DNA of 64,000 nucleotides from positions 32,001 through 96,000 of the IMG/VR virus record IMGVR_UViG_3300019757_000164; one strand, given 5' to 3'. Under the pieces are notes generated by a model. That model had not been told where the DNA came from. It saw only the letters and a list, made by a program, of their open reading frames with translations, and did not search any database. Origin of the DNA: a virus. Of this stretch, positions 57,160 through 64,000 are shown in pieces (within the stretch, counting starts at the first letter, position 1; every line of letters starts with the position of its first letter). Position numbers and translations under genes: made by a program.

Positions 57160-58836
57160 ATGACAAAGAAGACTACGGTAAATGAGAATGAAGAATTCAT
57201 TGTTGAAGTTGTTGATGAAGGAGAATCTGATGAAGCTTTAGTTGTAACAAGTACGAAAGACTTTACACAAGATCTGCTAAAGAAAGCAATGTCATCTTAT
57301 GCTGGAAGCGAGAAAACATATTCTCAACAAGTAGATGAACGAGCTTTTATGAAGACATCTTTAACTGAAGCCAAGATAGAAGAACTCGCGTTTTTACCAC
57401 AGGACAATATCGAAAAAGTCCAGCAAATTAATAGTTATATTGACCTTTATCTAAACAAAGATGATATCATAGGTAGGGTATATGAAATCATAGAAGCAAA
57501 TACAAATGCAGATTTCCAGCTATCCTATCCAAAAGTAGAAGGTAGAAATAAAGAAATAAAACTAAAGAAAGTAAAAGATATAATAGATGAATTCAACAAG
57601 CAAATTGAGTTGGAAGAATTAATCATAGAGACTATACCATATGCATATGCAAACGGAAATAGAATGTTATATCTAAGAAAAACAAAATACGGTACATATC
57701 AAGTAGATAGATATCCACTAGGAATGGTTCAGTATTCATCTTATAAGGTAAATAATGAACCAGTTGTAGTATTTAGTTTGCCAGATTTGCTAGGTAGGAT
57801 GACCGGACAAACATTAATTAGTCCATTTTCAACGAATTCACTAACGACTTTCGATCTTAGAATGTTTCCTGATATGGAAGATGAAATAAGAGAAAATTTT
57901 TCAACTGAAATTTATAGAGCTTATCTGGAAAGAAAGCCAACAGTTACATTAAACACTGACTTAACCGCTGTAATAAGAACAAACAATCGCGGAAAAAGAT
58001 ATGGAGTGTCTCCAATTTTCAAAGCATTAAATCCAGCACTTAAACTAGAAGTACAAGAGAAAAGTGATACAATGGACTCAAAAGCTAGAGGAAAGAAGAT
58101 TATATTCCAGAGAATATCAGATAAATTATTAGGAGAAAATGGTGAAGATATAGATTTATCTCCATCTATATATTCTCACAATGAATTTGTTAAAGCTTGG
58201 AAGGGTGAGATTGTAGTTTACACAGGAGCACCTTGGGTTGAAGATGTAAAATATGTTGAGCCAAAACAATCGTCAGAGCATTCAAATGCACTTAATTATT
58301 ATAGAAGTAAAGTTCTGTCTGCATTAGGAATAACTTTCTTAAATGGAGATTCAAAAACTGGTACAGCTACAGCTCAAATGTCACTTAATGAACTAATGAA
58401 AGAAATTGATAAGATAGCAAAACAATTATCAAACAATATAAATAAGTGGTATAAATATATTCTGAATGAAGCTGGGTTGCCAATTGAATATGCGCCTACA
58501 ATCGAGGTTCTCGACTCTGAAATCATGAACTTGAGTATTAGGATGCAACTTGCAGATAGTTTATTTAATAAATACGGTGCATCATATAGATCTACGTATG
58601 AATTAATGGGCATGGATTATGAATCAGAGAAAGAAAAAAGAGAATCTGAGAACGAAGAAAACTTAGATAAGGAAGTATTCTACGCTAGACAAACAGCATT
58701 TACTTTCTCTGCAAAAGGCGAGGAAGATTATGTGTATGAAGGTAATGATGGTACGGATAATAAAGATAAACAGTCGAAAACCCCTCAGCAACAAACAAAT
58801 GATGAAATTAGAAAAGAAGGTGAGACAGATGTTTAA
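57160..58836 (+). CDS. portal protein
   Basis: 558 aa directly after terL; RYGVSPI motif; SPbeta yonF-yonE synteny. Confidence 0.8.
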   Translation: MTKKTTVNENEEFIVEVVDEGESDEALVVTSTKDFTQDLLKKAMSSYAGSEKTYSQQVDERAFMKTSLTEAKIEELAFLPQDNIEKVQQINSYIDLYLNKDDIIGRVYEIIEANTNADFQLSYPKVEGRNKEIKLKKVKDIIDEFNKQIELEELIIETIPYAYANGNRMLYLRKTKYGTYQVDRYPLGMVQYSSYKVNNEPVVVFSLPDLLGRMTGQTLISPFSTNSLTTFDLRMFPDMEDEIRENFSTEIYRAYLERKPTVTLNTDLTAVIRTNNRGKRYGVSPIFKALNPALKLEVQEKSDTMDSKARGKKIIFQRISDKLLGENGEDIDLSPSIYSHNEFVKAWKGEIVVYTGAPWVEDVKYVEPKQSSEHSNALNYYRSKVLSALGITFLNGDSKTGTATAQMSLNELMKEIDKIAKQLSNNINKWYKYILNEAGLPIEYAPTIEVLDSEIMNLSIRMQLADSLFNKYGASYRSTYELMGMDYESEKEKRESENEENLDKEVFYARQTAFTFSAKGEEDYVYEGNDGTDNKDKQSKTPQQQTNDEIRKEGETDV

Positions 58837-59004
58837 ATTATTAGCAGAAAATAAAAACTCATATTCTTACTTGGTAGTAATAGAAGGAGTTAAATACACT
58901 ATAGAAGTTTCAAATAATGGTAAACTTTTAGATATATCGCCATATGTTATAAAAATGGAAGTATCTAGCAACAACAGAAGAATGGAATTTGGATAGGAGG
59001 CAAT

Positions 59005-60696
59005 ATGAAAGACAATAATATTATAGTAGCCTCTGGCAATAATGTAGAAGTATCACAGTCTGAAGATGGTTTATGTCTATATGTGACAGCTAATATGGGA
59101 TTTCTAAATAACTATAACTTAAATGGAGTAATGTTGACAAACTCAGAAAAAGCAGATGAGTCTGTAAGAACTCTTATTAACAGACCAATAAAAGGAAAAT
59201 TAAGAAAAGATTTTTTTGGAAATGAGAGATTTGGAAGCCATGAAGCATATGAAGACGAAGAAGGAAGATTGAGGTTCAACACTGAAACGATTGGAACTCA
59301 CTATAATGCTTTTATACAGGATGTGGAAGTTCAGTTGTTGCATGGAAGCAGAGAAAAGGCAATTTTGCCATGTATGTTTGGTCAAGCAATTATTTGGATT
59401 GATGAATATCCTTCCTATGCAGAAGCTATAGTAAAATTATATTCAGAAGGAAGGCTTGGAACAAGCTGGGAATTATTTGGCAATGACTTTACTGATGATG
59501 GAGGACTAGCTGAATCTTTAGGAATTGATAATCCAAGATCTTATTCTTCATGGACTATGACGGCAAATACAATAATTGGGGTTCAACCAGCATATGGGGA
59601 GAATAGCAGAATAATTCATACATCTCAAGATGAAGATGCAAATAGAATATTATCCGAGGCACTTGAAAAAGACTTTTCACAAACTACAAGAAAAGAAGAT
59701 TATGGTACTGGAAACTCAATAGAGATTGATAGATCCGTAGATTCTGCAAGCAACTCTTCTTGGGGTGACGTTAATAAAACTGATCTAAGGAATAAAGCAT
59801 TAAAAGCAAAAAATTATAAATCTTTAGTGGATTTTATTTATTTAGATGTAGAAGAAAGCTGGGAAGATGCACCTAGTCAAAAATTATCTTATCCAGTAGG
59901 TCAAATAATTGGAGATAGAGCTGTATATAATATCAATGGAATACAATCAGCATTGGCATTTTTAAGAAATCCAAATACTGAAAATAATCCAGAGGTAAAT
60001 AGAAAATTAAGAAAACTTTATGAAAAGTTTGACTTGGATACAAAAAACTTTAACTCAACCCATCATAACGATGATGAGGATGATTATAAAAACAATAGTG
60101 ATAACCAATCTCAGAATCAAACTAGCGAATCTGAGAGTAATGGAAGGAGCACAGACATGGAAGAAAGATTAAAGCAACTAGAACTTGATCTTGCTGAGGC
60201 TAACCAGAAGCTTAAAGAATATGAAGAAGCTGGTAAGGATGCTGAGATCGCACAATTAAAAGAAGAGATGGAAACTCTTAAAACTGAGAAATCAGATGCA
60301 GAGGAAAAATTAGTTAAAGCTACTGAAAGTTTAGAAACTCTAACTTCTCAAGTTGAAGAATTAAAGCCTTACAAAGAGAAAATTGAAGTTATTGAAGCTG
60401 AAAAAGCTGAGACTGAAAAACAGGTTAAAATTGCTGAGTTGACAGAAATGGTGACTAAGGGCGATTATGTAACAAAAGAAGAATTAGAAACAAGCGAAGA
60501 GTTGAAAACTATGATTTCAGAATGCAATGAAGATGCTTTAAAAGTATTCAGAGCAGAAAGAATCTTAGAAAAGCTTGACGCAGAAGAAAAGAAGGATGTT
60601 GAAACTTCACAATCTAAAGAGAAAAATACTAGAAAAGACTTCTCAGAAGATACAAAAGTTTCAAAAGATGCTATGACTGATTTTTTAAATTTATAG
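59005..60696 (+). CDS. prohead protease / scaffold fusion (YonD-like)
   Basis: N-terminal protease-like region (N.NG, H, TSWEL) and a long acidic coiled-coil C-terminus; precedes the capsid genes. Confidence 0.72.
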   Translation: MKDNNIIVASGNNVEVSQSEDGLCLYVTANMGFLNNYNLNGVMLTNSEKADESVRTLINRPIKGKLRKDFFGNERFGSHEAYEDEEGRLRFNTETIGTHYNAFIQDVEVQLLHGSREKAILPCMFGQAIIWIDEYPSYAEAIVKLYSEGRLGTSWELFGNDFTDDGGLAESLGIDNPRSYSSWTMTANTIIGVQPAYGENSRIIHTSQDEDANRILSEALEKDFSQTTRKEDYGTGNSIEIDRSVDSASNSSWGDVNKTDLRNKALKAKNYKSLVDFIYLDVEESWEDAPSQKLSYPVGQIIGDRAVYNINGIQSALAFLRNPNTENNPEVNRKLRKLYEKFDLDTKNFNSTHHNDDEDDYKNNSDNQSQNQTSESESNGRSTDMEERLKQLELDLAEANQKLKEYEEAGKDAEIAQLKEEMETLKTEKSDAEEKLVKATESLETLTSQVEELKPYKEKIEVIEAEKAETEKQVKIAELTEMVTKGDYVTKEELETSEELKTMISECNEDALKVFRAERILEKLDAEEKKDVETSQSKEKNTRKDFSEDTKVSKDAMTDFLNL

Positions 60697-60708
60697 GAGG
60701 AATAAGAT

Positions 60709-61170
60709 ATGTATAGAAGATTACAATCAAACTTTGGAAAAACAAAGAACGCAATGTTTACTGCTGGTGAAGCAATGGTTAAAGGTATGTTGGTAGTAAA
60801 AGATTACTCTGACAGTACTGTAAACTTACCAGCATCTGCAACAGCAGTTAATGTATTTATCGTAGATTTCGATCCAGAATACACTGGATTATTGTCAGTA
60901 GAGAACAATGTATCAGATTACGATGCTAGATTAAATGATATCGCATTAGGCGACAGAGTTACTTTAGAACTTTTACAAGTTGGCGAAAAATATGGTACTG
61001 ATCAATTTATCGCTACTGGTATCGCAGTAGGTGACCCATTAGAAGTAGGCACTGATGGTAAATTAGCAAAACATACAGGTACTTCACCATTTGTTGCAAC
61101 TGATATTGCATATGATGATGCAGGAAATACTTTATTAGTATTTGAAATCACTGAAACGCCATTTGCGTAA
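60709..61170 (+). CDS. head decoration/cement protein
   Basis: 153 aa, Gly/Ala/Thr-rich beta protein between scaffold and major capsid genes. Confidence 0.6.
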   Translation: MYRRLQSNFGKTKNAMFTAGEAMVKGMLVVKDYSDSTVNLPASATAVNVFIVDFDPEYTGLLSVENNVSDYDARLNDIALGDRVTLELLQVGEKYGTDQFIATGIAVGDPLEVGTDGKLAKHTGTSPFVATDIAYDDAGNTLLVFEITETPFA

Positions 61171-61198
61171 TAAATATAGAATATAGGAGGAAGTATAT

Positions 61199-62200
61199 AT
61201 GTTTGAATTATCAGAAGTTATGAAAAAAGACGGAAGAATGCTTGAGTGGGCGCAAAAGGTTAACGCAAGCGAAAAAGGTAAGAGAGTTACATTTTCAGAA
61301 GAAGATACACAAATTTCAGAAGCAGTTGACGTATGGGCAAAAGAAATTGGTGAAGGTAAGAGATCATCAAGAGAATTATCTGCTTATTTACAAAAAGTAA
61401 TCCAGCCGGAAGTTTATGATGCTCCAATGGATTTATTAAATATGTTCTTTATGGAAAATCCATCTATTGGTGAATTTGACGACTGGACTATCGATAAAGC
61501 TCCAAAGAATACATTACAAGCTTACGAATCAGCTAAAAATGGTAATGTAGATAAGTCTTATGTTGACTTTGAGAAAATCGTTCCAGTTACTAAGCATTTA
61601 CAAATTGAAACTGAATTAAAGATGATGGACTTAAGAAAAGGTGGATTTAAGTCAGTTGCTTTAATGACTGAATGGGCTATTAATGAGTTTAGAAATAGAA
61701 TGTTTTTCTATATGTTTGATACAATAGACGCTACAATCACTGGCGCAGATCAAACAGCTACAGCATCTGGCGCACCTGACAAAACAACTATGGACAAGAT
61801 GGCTAAATATGTTAGATCTGAATTAGTTTCTGGTACTCCAATGACTTTGTCTAACTCTGACAGAGCGTTTGAGATTAGTGAATTACCGGGTGCGACTTTA
61901 CTTTCAGACCCTATGAGAGATGAAATTAATACTACTGGTATTTTAGCTACTTATAGACAATTAAAGATTAACGAAATTGCGGCTTCTAGAGAAACTGGTA
62001 ATGGCGATAAATTAATCAATCCAGACAGAGTTTATGGTATCGCTGGTCAAATCGGCGAGAGAGCACTCAAGGGTCAATTGAGAGTTTTATCTGCTGAAGA
62101 TATCAACAACGAAGTTATTGAACTTAAGTTTACTGGATTTGAGTTTACTTATGCGATCACTTATCCAGAAAAAGTTTTTAAATTAACAATTACTGCATAA
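61199..62200 (+). CDS. major capsid protein
   Basis: 333 aa, strong RBS, high-expression codon usage, head-module position, followed by a terminator (62209-62229). Confidence 0.75.
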   Translation: MFELSEVMKKDGRMLEWAQKVNASEKGKRVTFSEEDTQISEAVDVWAKEIGEGKRSSRELSAYLQKVIQPEVYDAPMDLLNMFFMENPSIGEFDDWTIDKAPKNTLQAYESAKNGNVDKSYVDFEKIVPVTKHLQIETELKMMDLRKGGFKSVALMTEWAINEFRNRMFFYMFDTIDATITGADQTATASGAPDKTTMDKMAKYVRSELVSGTPMTLSNSDRAFEISELPGATLLSDPMRDEINTTGILATYRQLKINEIAASRETGNGDKLINPDRVYGIAGQIGERALKGQLRVLSAEDINNEVIELKFTGFEFTYAITYPEKVFKLTITA

Positions 62201-62259
62201 AAAGTAATGGACTGTCTTTTGGCAGTCCTTATTTTCCAAATTAGAAGGGAGAGAAAAGT

Positions 62260-62916
62260 ATGAAAGAAAAATATATCGTAAATAATTTTTATAATTTTAT
62301 CAGTTTACCAACAGAGGACATTAAAAAGCCTTTATATATTGATGCAGGAAATTTGAATTCTCTGGAGCCTAGATTTAAGAAATTGACTTTAGATGAAATT
62401 AGATATATCAATTTAATGTCTGATGTTTTTAAAACAGGAAGATTGGAATTCTTAAGAGATGATGAAGAAGAGTTGTTTGAAGAACTTGGTATTGAAAAAG
62501 AAGAAGGAACATTTTTCTATGCTGAAGACGTACTAGATACAGTAAAACATCCAACTAAAGAAAAACTAGAAAAAGTTGTCAAAATTAACAGCTTAAATAC
62601 AATTGATTTATTCAGAGGTATTGTTATTTCGTTCAGAAATTTAGGAAATGAAGACGTTTCAAATAGAGTGCTTACTGTTGTTAACAAGAGAAGAGATGAA
62701 GTTTACGCTAATCCGGGGAAAGAGACTACAATTTCTATTAAGAAAACAAGTGCTGAAGTAGAAATAGAAACAAGAGAAAAAGCTATGGAAGAAGCTATGG
62801 CAAGTGCTTTAGCAGATATGCAAGCAAAACTCAAGAAAGATTACGATAAAAAGCTTAAGAAAGAATTAGATAAAATTAAAAAAGAAGCTAAAAAAGAGGA
62901 AGATAGTAATAAATAA
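62260..62916 (+). CDS. phage protein (YonA-like position after capsid)
   Basis: ORF with RBS; assignment by synteny only. Confidence 0.5.
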   Translation: MKEKYIVNNFYNFISLPTEDIKKPLYIDAGNLNSLEPRFKKLTLDEIRYINLMSDVFKTGRLEFLRDDEEELFEELGIEKEEGTFFYAEDVLDTVKHPTKEKLEKVVKINSLNTIDLFRGIVISFRNLGNEDVSNRVLTVVNKRRDEVYANPGKETTISIKKTSAEVEIETREKAMEEAMASALADMQAKLKKDYDKKLKKELDKIKKEAKKEEDSNK

Positions 62917-62946
62917 TAAAAACATACATTAAGGGGGTGTGTTCTA

Positions 62947-64000
62947 GTGAATAAAAGTAATAAAAAAAGAACACATCATGAATTCCTTGATGAGTTGAGA
63001 ATTAAAAATAAATATGCGTATGATAATTTAGTATTTGTTGAAGAGTACATTAATTGCAAACAAAAGATTACAGCAAGAAGTAGGTATGGATTAGTCTGGG
63101 TTTATCCGGGACATCTCCTAAAAGGTGCTGTATGGACGAATAATTCAGCTTTAGATAAAACCAGCTATTTTATAGAAAAATTAAAGTATGTAAATCCTAG
63201 AATTTCAGAATCAATAATAAGATTCAACAGTGAATATATTTCAGGATATAAGAATATTCGATTCGAAACAAAATATGGTGAATGTGCTATTTCTCCAAAC
63301 AGACTACTAAATCTTAAAGATGAAATTGGCATAAAAAGTGCAGTTGACAAAACCGACTACTTCATGCGCGAGTTAAGAGATATTAATAAGAGTTGTTTTG
63401 ACAGGATATTATATTTGACAAGTGAGTATGAAGGTGCATTGAAAAAGATAAAATTCATGACTAATCACGGAGAGTGTGCAATGTCTCCCGACTCCATGAA
63501 ATCAAAAAAAGCTATGCCAACATTTGAGTCAGCACTCAATAAGACACAGTACTTAATATCAGAGGCTAGGGAAATTCATGGCGACTTATATGATTACAGT
63601 ATGTTTGAATACACAGGCAGTAGTCACACACTTTATCCAATAATATGTAAAGAACATGAAGTATTTCATCAAGACTTTGCTAGTCATAAACAAGGATTTG
63701 GGTGCAAAAAGTGTTCAGATGCTAAAAAAGATGGGTTTTATTCTGTGTATCGTGCGAACAAAAATGAGAAAGAATATAAAGCCATGAAATCGGGGGTATA
63801 TATTCTTGAGATGGCAGATGAAAATGAAAAATTTTACAAGATAGGGTTGTCAAAAAACGTAAATAAAAGAAGATCTCAAATAGAAAAAAGAAGTAATTAC
63901 TCTGTTACATTGTTATGGTCATTAGACTGCAATTTATATGATGCAATAATGATAGAGAATAAGTTACATGATATAAATAAAGAATTCAAGTACAACCCAA
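62947..64000 (+). CDS. putative homing endonuclease with repeated DNA-binding modules and C-terminal GIY-YIG/T5orf172-like domain, partial
   Basis: GTG start; repeated EY....KI...T.YGEC..SP units, HGDLYDYS...ICKEH..F.Q...SHKQGFGCKKC, then GVYILEM....FYKIGLS....KR; runs off the window end. Confidence 0.7.
   Translation, partial: MNKSNKKRTHHEFLDELRIKNKYAYDNLVFVEEYINCKQKITARSRYGLVWVYPGHLLKGAVWTNNSALDKTSYFIEKLKYVNPRISESIIRFNSEYISGYKNIRFETKYGECAISPNRLLNLKDEIGIKSAVDKTDYFMRELRDINKSCFDRILYLTSEYEGALKKIKFMTNHGECAMSPDSMKSKKAMPTFESALNKTQYLISEAREIHGDLYDYSMFEYTGSSHTLYPIICKEHEVFHQDFASHKQGFGCKKCSDAKKDGFYSVYRANKNEKEYKAMKSGVYILEMADENEKFYKIGLSKNVNKRRSQIEKRSNYSVTLLWSLDCNLYDAIMIENKLHDINKEFKYNP

Noticed and set aside
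2850-63350. Many short ORFs antisense to longer genes (e.g. 2850+, 5056+, 15139+, 21558+, 46879-, 50792-, 63165-)
   Set aside because: They lack an RBS, overlap well-supported genes on the opposite strand, and have the Ser/Leu/Phe/Ile-rich composition of shadow frames
1-64000. tRNA or rRNA genes
   Set aside because: No cloverleaf with a TTCGA T-loop and no rRNA-like GC-rich segment recognised by eye; a tRNAscan-SE run would be decisive

Overview
The window is part of a very AT-rich, large phage (or prophage) genome of a Firmicutes host with SPbeta-like organisation. The left 27 kb is a co-oriented (- strand) run of short accessory genes that includes a tyrosine recombinase, a solo TnpB, a radical SAM enzyme, HNH nucleases and a DenV-like glycosylase. 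The middle (27-46 kb) is a mixed-strand early/replication region with many sigmaA-type promoter-gene-terminator modules. The right part (+ strand) encodes a YonO-type single-subunit RNA polymerase, a beta-CASP nuclease, a phosphoesterase, ClpP, terminase, portal, prohead protease/scaffold and capsid genes. The main unexplained signal is non-coding. About 18 copies (plus half-sites) of an ~81-bp imperfect palindrome sit at gene junctions: [TAGTATTTCCAA]-N14-[TGTRTGCATAA]-N7-[TTATRCAYACA]-N14-[TTGNAATNCTA]. Every 7-bp central spacer is different. Seventeen copies punctuate the accessory gene array around the recombinase, mostly just past a stop codon and before the next RBS. One near-consensus copy lies alone in a long non-coding region at 34.3 kb. 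I infer a candidate phage-borne, integron/pdif-like gene-cassette system, with TnpB and its omegaRNA end forming one cassette. All assignments are from motif reading by eye; no database searches were run.
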